Notes: generated from the sequence alone by a model not told the origin. A stretch of DNA of 64,000 nucleotides from Eledone cirrhosa (GCA_964016885.1 OZ024750.1:50778001-50842000); one strand, 5' to 3'; positions 26,960-40,769 are shown, counted from the stretch's first letter. Numbers and translations are program-made.

Positions 26960-29186
26960 AAATTATCAATCTTACTAGTGCAGAACCAACACCCAACCTT
27001 ATCAACTTACTCTCCAAAGGTCTTAAATTCACACCGACCCCACTACGTCCTAACTACTATGAAATGAAGGAAGACATCACAGACTTCTGTAGAAAGTTAC
27101 GACTTAGTGAACAACTATTCGACCAGTACAATGAGGATGAATCATTAGTCAGAAATAGAAGCAATTACACCCCTTCAAAAGGTAGAAATAAAATCCTGGA
27201 CGAATTCTGTGAACACATCACAAACTTCCCTTACCAACACTTGCACAGACAAAAACACAAGCCAAACCTCAACAAGAAAGAATGGGAAGAATTAAATAGA
27301 TTAAAAACCGACAGAACCATTACAATTAAAGAGGCTGATAAAGGGAGTTCAGTAGTCCTAATGGAGACAGAATTCTATATCAACTTAGCGCTCTCCACTT
27401 TGGTAAACGAAACATACTACGAAAAGGCTGAACACTACAATCAACAGAAAATTATGAGAAACCTAAAAACTCTAATCAACCAATACAAAGAAGGACTCAC
27501 TAACAAGGAATTCAGCTTCATCACAGACTTCACAAGTAAATCCAGCCTTTTCTACGGTATCCCTAAAGTACATAAAAGCGAATCAATAAGTAAGGCATGC
27601 AAGGAAGCCACAGACATAGTCATCAATGTCCCCTCACCCAATGATCTCAAATTAAGACCTATAATAGCAGGCCCCGCTTGCGAAACGCACCGTCTTAGCA
27701 ACTTCATTGATACCCTTCTCAAACCCTTCCTCAAGCACATCAAAAGCTATATAAGGGACGACCTAGATATGCTCAATCACCTCCCTAATATGCCGCTTTC
27801 TGAACAAACCCTACTATTGACGTTCGATGTAGTCAACCTATACTCCAACATCCCCCACAACCTAGGAATAGAAGCTATCCAATTCTGGCTGGATAATTTC
27901 CACAATGAACTCCCACAACGCATCAAAAAAGAATTCGTGATAGAGGGACTCAAATTTATCTTGGAGAAAAATTACTTCGTTTTCAATAACAAACCCTACA
28001 GGCAGAAATCTGGGACCGCTATGGGAACCTAGTCATGGGATACCTGGAAATCACCCTCTACACTAAAGTCCTAAACAAATTTGGAAACACCCTCCACTTA
28101 CACATTGAAAGGAACTGGAAGCGATATCTAGATGACTGCTTCATCCTTTGGCACGAAAACAGCGAAAAACTTAAAGAATTTCACACCCTTATAAATGGGC
28201 TCAACACAAATATTAACTTCACGATGGAATACAGCCATCAACAACTCCCCTTCCTCGACATCAGCATTAAGATCCATAACAAAAAAATAGAAACAAACAT
28301 ATACTACAAGCCCACAGACTCCAAGCAATATCTCCCCTTCAACTCTTGCCACCCTAGACACGTTAAAATTAATATTCCCTACATCTTAGCCAAGAGAATC
28401 TGTACTATAGTCTCCAATAAAAACATCTGCTACTTACGGCTACAAGAACTAAAGGACACACTCATAGGCAGGGACTACCCTGCATCACTAATTGACAATG
28501 GAATCCAACGTGCCCTAAAACTCAGTACCCAGGACCTTAGACACCCTAAAGTAAATCAACCAAAACTAAAAGCTCTTCCATACATCTCCACACACAACCC
28601 CCTCAACAATGAGGCCCTTGACACCATCCTCCAGAACATCCCTGTATTGAAAAAGGACCATAGAATGAACCAAATTCTACGAACACACGATATCATAAAG
28701 AGCAAAAGACAATCCAAGTCAATGAAAAACATCTTAACACATGCCAATGTACTGCCAACCACAACAACGAAACCCACAGTAAAAAAATGCGATAGACCCA
28801 ACTGTGGCATTTGCATCAACCTAATAGAGGGTTCGGAATTCTATTTCAAAGATGGACAATGTTTTATAGTAAAACACAATTTCACATGTGCATCGGAAAA
28901 TCTAATATATGTATTAACTTGTTCAGGTTGTCGAGAACAATACATAGGCCAGACAAAAAACAGCCTCCGCCAACGCATGACTGTCCATAGATCCCAAATC
29001 AAAATACGGGAATACAGGAAAATACCACTGAGTGAACACATTGATACCTGTGCCGCCCAAAATCATCCCAACTTCAGAATCTTTCCCCTCTACAAATTTA
29101 AAGATAATGCCACACACACCCAGCGCATCAGCAAGGAATCTTACTTCATTAACAAATACGGACCCCGTCTAAACACTTCTCCCTAA
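26960..29186 (+). pseudogene. PLE reverse transcriptase + C-terminal GIY-YIG endonuclease, single frameshifting deletion at ~28030
   Basis: LLSKGLKFTP, EADKG, YGIPKVHK, LRPII, FDVVNLYSNI, Q-SGTAMGT, RYLDD, LPFLD, SCHPRH, linker CDRPNCGIC, NLIYVLTCSGC-EQYIGQT. Confidence 0.93.
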
Positions 29187-29681
29187 GACGAACCCACAAC
29201 ATACACACGTCAACATACATACCAACATCAGCACACGTCTCTACCCACATATAAACACAATGACATACATAAACACACATGCTCTATGGTGCAACACAAA
29301 AAAATATATGTGCATATATATATGTATATATGTGTATATATGTATATATATATATATATATAGTGAATATATGTATGTGTATATATATATAGTGAATATC
29401 ATTTCACACCTTTTATTGTTAAGATTTTTGATGTTCTATTAAGAGAACCGATTTTACTGAAAAAATCGAATAATGTACACCATTTTACCAGGGGGAAAAA
29501 AATACTGCCCCCCCCCACACACACACATATATACACACACACATACACACGCGTACATCAACATACAAAGAGACTTATATATACACACACACACACACGC
29601 ACTTCTCCGTATAAGACAAAAGCTGAAAAATATCTTTTGACACATTCTTACTGACCATCCCTGTGACCACGAATTACTCTG

Positions 29682-29751
<70 letters not shown>

Positions 29752-29820
29752 ATCTTAATAGCCATTTGACACACATCGCAGCTAACCATTATCACAACAT
29801 CGAACACCTTACTACTACTA

Positions 29821-29856
<36 letters not shown>

Positions 29857-30474
29857 ACACACACACACACATATTTGTTGTGAAAGAGTCATTTCTCAAT
29901 CTTGGCGCAAAACCAATTTTTTATTCACATGACCTCTACCGACCAATCAAAATTGTTTTGACGACAAGAATTTTTGCTGGAGCCACTTTTTTAACATAAA
30001 AACAGTCTTGGCGCAAAATCAATTTTTTACATTCACATGACCTCTACCGACCAATCAAAATTGTTTTGACCACAAGAATTTGTTTTGACCATAGAAAGCC
30101 ATATCTTATTATAGAAAGCCATATGGCTTTCTATAATAATAGTACTAAACACTATTTTCTGGACCCCTTTAGAAATAACCTGCTACTATAATAGCCCCAA
30201 TATCTTATCTGTAACTTTGTACCACTTTGACCCCTTTAACTAAATTTTGTCCGAACAACACCACTAGAAGAATTTACTTCCCCCGCCAACCCTAACACGT
30301 CTCATTAAGCTAACTGCTGCCAAAACATTCTCTCCTTACAATCTCTACTAGTCTGACAGTCTTAAATCCTAGAACTCCCTCCACCTTACTCACTTCCCTC
30401 TTCCCCTTCTCTTCCTACCTCCTTCTTTCTCCTTTATCTCGTGTATAAAATATTTTCATATCATTCCAATACAA

Positions 30475-30591
30475 AAGTCTGACGACATGGTGTGTTTGCT
30501 TACAGTGTACCTTCGGTTTATGATAATATTTTTATATTATTCAAATAGCGAGGTATAGGTAACCTATACACTATAGAAACAATTGTTACCT
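30475..30591 (+). ncRNA. Type-I hammerhead with long stem II in the 3' pLTR of the Neptune-like PLE
   Basis: AAGT-CTGACGA-cATGGTGTGT...ATACACTATa-GAAA-CAATTG-TT-ACCT. Confidence 0.7.
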
Positions 30592-30650
30592 AATAAATTC
30601 TTTATACCCGCATTTCCATTTCATAAACTTCTTCTCCATATATATAAATA

Positions 30651-32250
30651 TATAAGACGTAAAATAGAAAATTTCTTAAAAAAATTTGTTTTAAAAAATT
30701 AACTTACTTACTTAAATTTTCACTCCAACTAATTAGTTTCTGCAATGGGATAAAGACAGTTACGTAATGAACTGTTGAGAATTTCATTGCGTCATCAGGG
30801 AGGTCATTCTCAGCCGAGTCTCCAGGCGATGCGCGGACACTGGGGACTCATATAAAAATAATAATAATTCGGCAACTGGAACAGCTATCGAGGACTGGAT
30901 TCCAGCCACTGAAAATTCTCACTGCCACTGATCATATGGCCGATTCTAAAGAATCAATCACGTGACACAGAGGCTAGTCAGTAGGAATGGGATGGTAAGA
31001 TGACAGACGCCTACTAACACCCCCCCCCCCCCAACAAATTTAGAAGTGGTTTTGGCAGGTTTGCTGGACAAATCAGTGATTTGGAGATAAATATAGATAA
31101 TTTAATATATCTACTAACATAAGCGCACAGATGTATGCTAATGCCAGCAAATACACAGGTTATGTCATAGTACCTAGGTGGTTCAATGCAGGAGAATGCA
31201 GAACAATAATATATAAGACGTAAAATAAGAAAATTTCTTAAAAATTTTTTTTTTTTTATATTAACTTACTTAAATTTTCACTCCAACTAATTAGTTTCTG
31301 CAGTAGTAGTGAGAATTTTCAGTGGCTGGAATCCACTCCTCGATAGCTGTTCCAGTTGCCGAATTATTATTATTTTTATATGAGTCCCCAGTGTCCGCGC
31401 ATCGCCTGGAGACTCGGCTGAGAATGACCTCCCTGATGACGCAATGAAATTCTCAACAGTTCATTACGTAACTGTCTTTATCCCTTTGCAGAAACTAATT
31501 AGTTAGAGTGAAAATTTAAGTAAGTAAGTTAATTTTTTTAAAAAATTTTTTTTAAGAAATTTTCTTATTTTACGTCTTATTTATTATTGTTCTGCATTCT
31601 CCTGCATTGAACCACCTAGGTACTATGACATAACCTGTGTATTTGCTGGCATTAGCGTACATCTGTGCGCTTATGTTAGTAGATATATTAAATTATCTAT
31701 ATTTATCTCCAAATCACTGATTTGTCGAGCAAACCTGCCAAAACCACTTCTAAATTTTTTGGGGGGGTGTTAGTAGGCGTCTGTCATCTTACCATCCCAT
31801 TCCTACTGACTAGCCTCTGTGTCACGTGATTGATTCTTTAGAATCGGCCATATGATCAGTGGCAGTGAGAATTTTCAGTGGCTGGAATCCAGTCCTCGAT
31901 AGCTGTTCCAGTTGCCGAATTATTATTATTTTTATATGAGTCCCCAGTGTCCGCGCATCGCCTGGAGACTCGGCTGAGAATGACATCCCTGATGACGCAA
32001 TGAAATTCTCAACAGTTCATTACGTAACTGTCTTTATCCCTTTGCAGAAACTAATTAGTTGGAGTGAAAATTTAAGTAAGTTAATTTTTTTTTATTTTTT
32101 TTTTTTTAGAAATTTTCTTATTTTACGTCTTATATATTATTGTTCTGCATTCTCCTGCATTGAACCACCTAGGTACTATGACATAACCTGTGTATTTGCT
32201 GGCATTAGCGTAAATCTGTGCGCTTATGTTAGTAGATATATTAAATTATC
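30651..32250. repeat. ~560-bp unit: 1.2 tandem copies followed by 1.7 inverted tandem copies
   Basis: TATAAGACGT at 30651 and 31212. GTGAGAATTTTCAGTGGC at ~31309 and ~31865 is the reverse complement of 30905-30922. Inversion point ~31303. Confidence 0.9.
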
Positions 32251-32314
<64 letters not shown>

Positions 32315-32532
32315 ATGAAATATAAGAATCAAAGAACTGTTCAAAACAGTTCTTTGATTCTTATATTTCATATAACTGCTCTGTAAATCATCTGATGTTT
32401 TTACATTGAGCTACTTAACTTACTGGTAATAAGGTAGTAATACATTACTGCCTACCACTATTTAGGGTGTGTGTAAAATACTTACAACTGCTTAAGGTTT
32501 TGTGTTTACATAACCATAAATAGTATAACTAA

Positions 32533-32577
<45 letters not shown>

Positions 32578-32708
32578 AAGTTATATTTAAAATTGTTGGG
32601 TTACAACTAGTAAATACTTATAACTGATATAAAAGCACTCGACAAATATTTGGAGTATATTTACAATATTAAATAAATGGAAAACTATATTTATAAAACC
32701 ATATTTAT

Positions 32709-32768
32709 TTCATTATATATATTTCGGGGATATCATATTAACAATATGCTATGCCTTCATCAGACAAA
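32709..32768 (-). ncRNA. Type-I hammerhead (left arm pLTR)
   Basis: Reverse complement of 37722-37781. Confidence 0.7.
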
Positions 32769-34199
32769 ATACAATATAAACAGTTTTATAGATAAATATA
32801 TTCGACATACCGTAATAAACACCGACTTCATTTGAAGAGGTTTACGCTAGCAGTGAAAATTTTATACAGAGAGACAGAAAGAGAGAAAAAAAGAAAGAAA
32901 GACAAAACGAAGAAAAGGAAGAAGAAGAAGAAAAAGAAAACGAAGAGATGCATGGAACAAAATAGAGAGATGGAAAGATATATAAAGCGAAGAGCTTCAT
33001 GTAAAGAAACAGAAAGAGATATATATATATATAGAGAGAGGAAATAGAGATAGATACATATACATATAGAAAATTAGGTAGTGGGAGGTCATTTTGAGTA
33101 AGTGTATCAATGATACATTTATTTATTTATTTATTTATTTATTTAGCTCAAGTATTAATGTAAGGGAGATATATAGAGAGAGGAAAAAATAGCGAGAGAA
33201 AAAATTTAAAAATATAAAAATAGCCAGACATATTCGAGGTGTAAAAACCCTATGTTTTAATGTATTAGTATTTATAAAACTTACACTATATTGTAAATAT
33301 CAGTATTCCTGAATGAAACAATTATCCATAATGTGTGAAAATTAATTATCTTATGTTTAGTTTTAAAAATTCATATGTTTATGTGACAGCTACAAACATC
33401 CGTTCGAATCCAACTGATTCACTCTGCAAACTCTAGGTTACCGGAAAACATTCTCAATGTGGTATAAAAAATTTGAGCGTATTATTATTCATGTCATTAC
33501 TCTACAAGATTATCTATCAAGCAGAAATAGAGAGCAGATTTCAATATACTAATAAAAATATATATTATATTATAAACAAAACTAAAAATATAAAGATAAC
33601 AATAATAATAATAAGTAAAAATATTACGAAAGAATATTACATAGTAAAAATATTACATATTAAAATATTAAAAATACTACGTATTAAAAAATATTACGTA
33701 TTAAAAATTTACATATTAAAGATATTAAAAATTTTAAAAATAAAATAAAAATAAAAATAAGAAATAAAAAATATTATAGAATACTAGAATATTAAAAAAT
33801 GAAAATAAAAATAAAAATAAAAATAAAAATAAAAATAAAAATAAAAATAAACCACAAAGAACAACCCTTCAAAGTTAATTGACAATATATTGCCAAGTTC
33901 ATTACAAGACAAAGCCAAAAATTATCTATCAAATCACATCTAGCAAAGAACATTTCAAAAAGATTATGATGTCCAATTAGATCTACATATGTTTTTATAT
34001 TTAATATAGAAGTTTATCTAGTGTAAGGTTAATTCAAAAAATTTGGAGCATCAGCTTTTAGGGTAGCTTAATTTTTCATGAGGAATGTTTAGATAAAAAT
34101 AAAATAAAAATAAACAATAAAAAGAGTAAAAAGAGGGAATCAAAGATTTAGGAATCAAAAATTCATCGGCTAGTTCCCATATAAATAAAACTAAATATA

Positions 34200-35403
34200 C
34201 TACATTTTAAATTTAAATTTATATTTAAACGTTGAGTTTAATCTATGTTTGCAACAACTGAATAAATTTGTCCGTAGGTTAAGGGAATTTTTAGATTTTA
34301 GTATAAAGAATATCTCCTCTGCGCAGAGGTCACATGTCTCGGAGGATGAATTAAAAGGAATCCCTCTTGAGACTATATTCCAAGCCGTCGAATATCTAAC
34401 GTTATCTAGCTTAAGTTGCCAGAGTACGCCTGATAGTGCCGTTGAAGATTTTTTACTTGGATCTGTGAAAGAATTCTTGTGGTTATTATAGCGAAGTTTA
34501 AATTCCGTCGATGTGGAACCGACGTAGTTAAAAGAATTAGAGTCAGTATTAAGATTACAATTGTATACTATATTTTTAACTAAGCAGTTGTTATTTAACG
34601 GACATTTAGATCTATCTCTACAGTTACATTTGCTAACTTGTATATTATTTATGCTATTATCAGTAGGTTTTAAGTTCCTATTATTTATTCTATTAATATT
34701 TTGTGCTAAATTTTTGGTGGATGAGTAGGTTAATTTAATTGTATGCCTATTGAAGATTGAGTGATACCTATGTGTTCTAGGGAAGCGATTATCAAGAGCT
34801 TTGAAAAATAATTTAGCGATGTGGGTTTTAATGTTTAGTGAGAAAGGGGGGGCAAACCAAATTATGTTCCTAGTTCTATTTCTTTTTTGTCCTTTGGAAT
34901 TATTGTAATGCTTTCTATTATAGTTGTTAATGTTGTTGCCGTAATTAAAAAAGTTGTTACTTTGTTTAGTTTGTCTATCATTATCTATGTATACAATCTT
35001 ATCAGCATATCCTGCCCTAGCTAGTGCATCATTATAGTACTGGGCCTTTTCGTCAAAAATCTTTCTATTCGACGAGATCCTAGAGATACGTTTTTGGACT
35101 GAGTTTACTATAGTGTTTTTGACAGATCTGGCGTGGTTAGAGTTAAAGTTGACATAGTTTAAGTTTTCATTCAACTTGTGAAAAGGATAGTGGAGACATG
35201 TGTTGAGATTTAATGTTATATCTAGGAAATTGACTATTCTATGGTTGTTCTCAATTTCTATTTTAAGGTTAAAGTAATTAAAAAATTTTGTAATTTGTTT
35301 ACATTTACTATTTAGTTCAGGGTTATTATTATTAATAAGTAAAAGCATGTCATCCCTATATAAGCCTCCGGTAGTACCAGGTATTTTCCTATGTAGCGAA
35401 TTG
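34200..35403 (-). pseudogene. PLE RT C-terminal half (YRDD) + thumb + GIY-YIG; open frame, 5'-truncated
   Basis: Upstream of the ORF's Met the frame reads GGLYRDDMLL. Then VNFLDITL, SNHARS, WFAPPFS, CNCRDRSKCPL, IVYNC..YVGST..FKLRYNNH, CDLCAEE. Confidence 0.9.
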
Positions 35404-35429
35404 ATTTTTGACGAAAAGATTTTTGACGA

Positions 35430-36294
35430 AAAGATTTTTGACGAAAAGGCCCAGTACTATAATGATGCACTAGCTAGGGCAGGATATGCTGATAAGATTG
35501 TATACATAGATAATGATAGACAAACTAAACAAAGTAACAACTTTTTTAATTACGGCAACAACATTAACAACTATAATAGAAAGCATTACAATAATTCCAA
35601 AGGACAAAAAAGAAATAGAACTAGGAACATAATTTGGTTTGCCCCCCCTTTCTCACTAAACATTAAAACCCACATCGCTAAATTATTTTTCAAAGCTCTT
35701 GATAATCGCTTCCCTAGAACACATAGGTATCACTCAATCTTCAATAGGCATACAATTAAATTAACCTACTCATCCACCAAAAATTTAGCACAAAATATTA
35801 ATAGAATAAATAATAGGAACTTAAAACCTACTGATAATAGCATAAATAATATACAAGTTAGCAAATGTAACTGTAGAGATAGATCTAAATGTCCGTTAAA
35901 TAACAACTGCTTAGTTAAAAATATAGTATACAATTGTAATGTTAATACTGACTCTAATTCTTTTAACTACGTCGGTTCCACATCGACGGAATTTAAACTT
36001 CGCTATAATAACCACAAGAATTCTTTCACAGATCCAAGTAAAAAATCTTCAACGGCACTATCAGGCGTACTCTGGCAACTTAAGCTAGATAACGTTAGAT
36101 ATTCGACGGCTTGGAATATAGTCTCAAGAGGGATTCCTTTTAATTCATCCTCCGAGACATGTGACCTCTGCGCAGAGGAGATATTCTTTATACTAAAATC
36201 TAAAAATTCCCTTAACCTACGGACAAATTTATTCAGTTGTTGCAAACATAGATTAAACTCAACGTTTAAATATAAATTTAAATTTAAAATGTAG
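35430..36294 (+). pseudogene. Inverted duplicate of the PLE linker + GIY-YIG
   Basis: Same protein as the 34200 ORF from KIFDEKAQYY onward, except CNLNTD/CNVNTD. Confidence 0.9.
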
Positions 36295-37721
36295 TATATT
36301 TAGTTTTATTTATATGGGAACTAGCCGATGAATTTTTGATTCCTAAATCTTTGATTCCCTCTTTTTACTCTTTTTATTGTTTATTTTTATTTTATTTTTA
36401 TCTAAACATTCCTCATGAAAAATTAAGCTACCCTAAAAGCTGATGCTCCAAATTTTTTGAATTAACCTTACACTAGATAAACTTCTATATTAAATATAAA
36501 AACATATGTAGATCTAATTGGACATCATAATCTTTTTGAAATGTTCTTTGCTAGATGTGATTTGATAGATAATTTTTGGCTTTGTCTTGTAATGAACTTG
36601 GCAATATATTGTCAATTAACTTTGAAGGGTTGTTCTTTGTGGTTTATTTTTATTTTTATTTTTATTTTTATTTTTATTTTTATTTTTATTTTCATTTTTT
36701 AATATTCTAGTATTCTATAATATTTTTTATTTCTTATTTTTATTTTTATTTTATTTTTAAAATTTTTAATATCTTTAATATGTAAATTTTTAATACGTAA
36801 TATTTTTTAATACGTAGTATTTTTAATATTTTAATATGTAATATTTTTACTATGTAATATTCTTTCGTAATATTTTTACTTATTATTATTATTGTTATCT
36901 TTATATTTTTAGTTTTGTTTATAATATAATATATATTTTTATTAGTATATTGAAATCTGCTCTCTATTTCTGCTTGATAGATAATCTTGTAGAGTAATGA
37001 CATGAATAATAATACGCTCAAATTTTTTATACCACATTGAGAATGTTTTCCGGTAACCTAGAGTTTGCAGAGTGAATCAGTTGGATTCGAACGGATGTTT
37101 GTAGCTGTCACATAAACATATGAATTTTTAAAACTAAACATAAGATAATTAATTTTCACACATTATGGATAATTGTTTCATTCAGGAATACTGATATTTA
37201 CAATATAGTGTAAGTTTTATAAATACTAATACATTAAAACATAGGGTTTTTACACCTCGAATATGTCTGGCTATTTTTATATTTTTAAATTTTTTCTCTC
37301 GCTATTTTTTCCTCTCTCTATATATCTCCCTTACATTAATACTTGAGCTAAATAAATAAATAAATAAATAAATGTATCATTGATACACTTACTCAAAATG
37401 ACCTCCCACTACCTAATTTTCTATATGTATATGTATCTATCTCTATTTCCTCTCTCTCTATATATATATATATCTTTCTGTTTCTTTACATGAAGCTCTT
37501 CGCTTTATATATCTTTCCATCTCTCTATTTTGTTCCATGCATCTCTTCGTTTTCTTTTTCTTCTTCTTCTTCCTTTTCTTCGTTTTGTCTTTCTTTCTTT
37601 TTTTCTCTCTTTCTGTCTCTCTGTATAAAATTTTCACTGCTAGCGTAAACCTCTTCAAATGAAGTCGGTGTTTATTACGGTATGTCGAATATATTTATCT
37701 ATAAAACTGTTTATATTGTAT

Positions 37722-37781
37722 TGTGTCTGATGAAGGCATAGCATATTGTTAATATGATATCCCCGAAATATATATAATGAA
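37722..37781 (+). ncRNA. Type-I hammerhead (right arm pLTR)
   Basis: TGT-CTGATGA-aggcATAGCATATT gtt AATATGATATcccc-GAAA-TATATA-TA-ATG. Confidence 0.7.
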
Positions 37782-37822
37782 ATAAATATGGTTTTATAAA
37801 TATAGTTTTCCATTTATTTAAT

Positions 37823-37887
<65 letters not shown>

Positions 37888-37891
<4 letters not shown>

Positions 37892-38622
37892 AATGAATAA
37901 TAACAGGTAGACATCATAAAAAGGTAATTTATTCCGTGTGCTTACAAATGTTTCCACCGCTATCACAACCTATCCATGGTATACCCGCTACCCACAACAA
38001 AGAAAGTAACTGCCATCTACCTGAAAGATGTCCATTGAAGAATGAATGCCTAAAGTCCAACATTGTTTACCAATACACGGTTGAATCGAACGACCAGAAA
38101 TGGTATTATATCGGATCTACCACCACCTCGTTTAAATCTCACTGGTACCGTCATCGATTCTCAATCAAACATCCTAATCACCGTTTTGTGACCACGCTCG
38201 CCAACAAGACCTGGCAACTCCGTGAACGCAACCAACAGTTCACCTTAAAATGGGATATACTTTCCAGCGCAAGTGCATATCGGAGTTGATTGAAGTACTG
38301 CAGGTTATGTAACCTTGAACTCTTTTACATATTAAAATCCAAAAACAAACTACTTAACGATAGAATTGAACGATCATTATACTGCAACCACAAACTAAAA
38401 GCTAAATTATCTCACTATAAAATAACTTAATATTCGAACCCGTAACTATAACATCGCTTACTAGCTAACCACCTTCTCTTCCCCCCACACTACAAGACAA
38501 TACACTGCTTATCACTATAAATGGTAACTCAGTGCAATTCACAGATTACTACTACAAACCCAAAGTTCACTCACCACATAAACTTCGTCTGTCCCCTCTC
38601 TACCTCTCTCTCTACATCCATT

Positions 38623-38690
<68 letters not shown>

Positions 38691-39270
38691 CTTTGGCCTA
38701 CCTCCCTCTCCACATCTATGAACCTGCCCTCTGGGGCAATAAATAATTCCGACCTTAACTATCAACGCATCTCTCCAAAATTAACCAGTATAATAAAACC
38801 CCTACCATAACATTTTGATTAAGATATCTACAAACCACTCTCTCCTACTTCTCCAAACCCTGCATATCTTTCTCTCTCTCTCCCTCTTTTTCTCTCTTCC
38901 TTGTCTACTCCATCTTCCCCAACAACCCCACTTAAGGGTATTTACATTGTACATTTTACCATTCTGCTCTGAGGATACAGTGGTCACAGCATTGGATATT
39001 TGAGTTCTGCAAATACTTGTAAATTTGCACATAGCATAACTAGGCTATAGTACCACCGTGGAAACATTTGTAAGCACACGGAATAAGTTACCTTTTTATG
39101 ATGTCTCCCTTTTATATTCATTCTTTATATACACTCCGAAATACAGAAGCATCAGGAACTAAGTTTCTTCAACAATTCTTCCATAACTCGTAGAGTAACC
39201 TCTCACCGTTCGTCAACCATATCCAGTGTAGTAATTAACCATTACTACATTTTGGGTAATCCTATACCTA
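37888..39270 (+). mobile_element. 5'-truncated Hydra-like PLE (GIY-YIG ~37960-38430) with short 5' inverted pLTR piece
   Basis: NCHLPERCPL..IVYQY..YYIGSTT..CRLCNLE. 37888-37957 is the reverse complement of ~39058-39128. Confidence 0.85.
38965..39076 (+). ncRNA. Type-I hammerhead with long stem II
   Basis: TGCT-CTGAGGA-TACAGTGGT...ACCACCGTG-GAAA-CATTTG-TA-AGCA. Confidence 0.8.
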
Positions 39271-39289
39271 ATATATATATATATATATA

Positions 39290-39501
39290 TAACGAAGAAA
39301 ATGTGGTAAGGAACCAGATGGACCATAACGCACCAAAGTACTCAATACTTAGGGAAGTAGAGTGGGTAATAGGAACGAGTAGGACCCCGACGGCTGAGCT
39401 CAAGCCGTTTCCACGGCTAATTCTGGACTAAATGTAAATTTTCATTTAGTCCAGAATTAGCCGTCGAAACGGCTTGAGCTCAGCCGTCGGGGTCCTACTC
39501 G

Positions 39502-39504
<3 letters not shown>
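39290..39504 (-). mobile_element. Family B pLTR fold-back centred in HHR stem II
   Basis: Palindrome centred on CTAAATG taaatttt CATTTAG, flanked by (TA)n. Confidence 0.8.
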
Positions 39505-39551
<47 letters not shown>

Positions 39552-39994
39552 GTTATCTATTAATATCTATCGATAAGGTCAAAGTTCGTCTTTAACCTGT
39601 CTGTATATTAGTTGTGTTAGTATTAAGGTGACAACATATATCTAGTCACATTATTCATAGTGTCATTATTACCCAACTTATTGTGTTCACTCTGAGGAGT
39701 AATTTATTAATTTCTCTATCCTCGTGTGCTTCGTGACATCTTCAATGATCGAGGCTAGTCTGGTACTTGAAGCTGCAACTTCGATTATACTCATGACTAT
39801 TATATATATATATATATATTATTGTGTACATATGTAAGTGTGTGAATGTGTGTGCGTGTGCGTGCGTGTGTGTCTGTGCGTATGCAAAATTAAACAGAGA
39901 AACGATACGGTGCCATTAAATTATTGATTAGTTTAATGCTTGACATCGCAGAAAAACCGTCTTAACTTTTCGAACGTTATAAATTCATCAGAAG

Positions 39995-40042
<48 letters not shown>

Positions 40043-40045
<3 letters not shown>

Positions 40046-40437
40046 ATCAAAAGATGGTTAAAAGAGTTCCATGCATTTTATTATGCGCATTTCAAAAACA
40101 AATATCATCATGCAATAACATTTGCGTTTTCGTCAGATAAAATAGGGAGACATGATATGAAGGTTAAAACACATTTGTGAATAGTGCAGTTTTGAAAACT
40201 GCACTATTCACAAATGTCTGTTAACATTCATATCATGTCTCCTTATTTTATCTGACGAAAACGCAAATGTTATTGAATGATGATATTTGTTTTTGAAATG
40301 CGCATAATAAAATACATGGAACTCTTTTAACCATCTTTTGATCTTATATATTATTTATACTCCAGTCCTACAAACTGTAGAGTGTTTCTTATCCGATATC
40401 TGCATTGCTTTATTGTACTACAATAAAACTCACCTCC

Positions 40438-40440
<3 letters not shown>
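40043..40440 (+). mobile_element. Family D pLTR hairpin cassette in (TA)n
   Basis: 40043-40192 is inverted relative to 40195-40346. The long arm runs on to 40440. Confidence 0.88.
40244..40314 (+). ncRNA. Type-I hammerhead
   Basis: TATTTTAT-CTGACGA-stem II-GAAA-TGCGCA-TA-ATAAAATA, with an 8-bp stem I and palindromic stem III. Confidence 0.88.
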
Positions 40441-40524
<84 letters not shown>

Positions 40525-40729
40525 AACGCCTAAGTAGCATCCTTGTTCAGTTAGTTCGATGTCTAGGAAATAGTAGCAAAATCAAGTGTGATTACAATCT
40601 CCTGAAATATTAACAATTAACATCTGAATAGAATAACACAGAGTTACTCACTTCTCAACACATACACGCTACCACTCTCTTTCTCTCTCTCTCATACACT
40701 CAAACATACAAACACATACACAACACACG

Positions 40730-40769
<40 letters not shown>

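Larger units (their letters stand above)
26492..30640 (+). mobile_element. Near full-length Neptune-like PLE in (TA)n
   Basis: RT-GIY-YIG ORF, long 3' region with an HHR, and TA runs at both ends. Confidence 0.85.
32575..37828. mobile_element. 5.2-kb palindromic Hydra-like PLE insertion (two ~2.4-kb inverted arms) in (TA)n
   Basis: 32662-35064 is the reverse complement of 35430-37828. Mirrored ORFs appear in the ORF track. Confidence 0.92.

Noticed and set aside
31415-31485. Hammerhead in the 560-bp unit (CTGATGA...GAAA or GTAA)
   Set aside because: No arrangement gives stem I, stem II and a UH triplet together.
33473-33748. 91-aa I/K/Y-rich ORF and its mirror at 36746
   Set aside because: AT-rich low-complexity PLE 3' UTR.
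35347-35430. N-terminus of the 315-aa + strand ORF (MSSLYKPP...IFDEK x3) as a novel gene
   Set aside because: It is the antisense of the RT YRDD region plus a 15-bp stutter, a by-product of the inversion.
38270-38300. In-frame TGA in GIY-YIG (AYRS*LKYC) as selenocysteine recoding
   Set aside because: It aligns to Gly (YQTG in the 63481 copy), not Cys, so it is an ordinary GGA>TGA mutation. No SECIS was seen.
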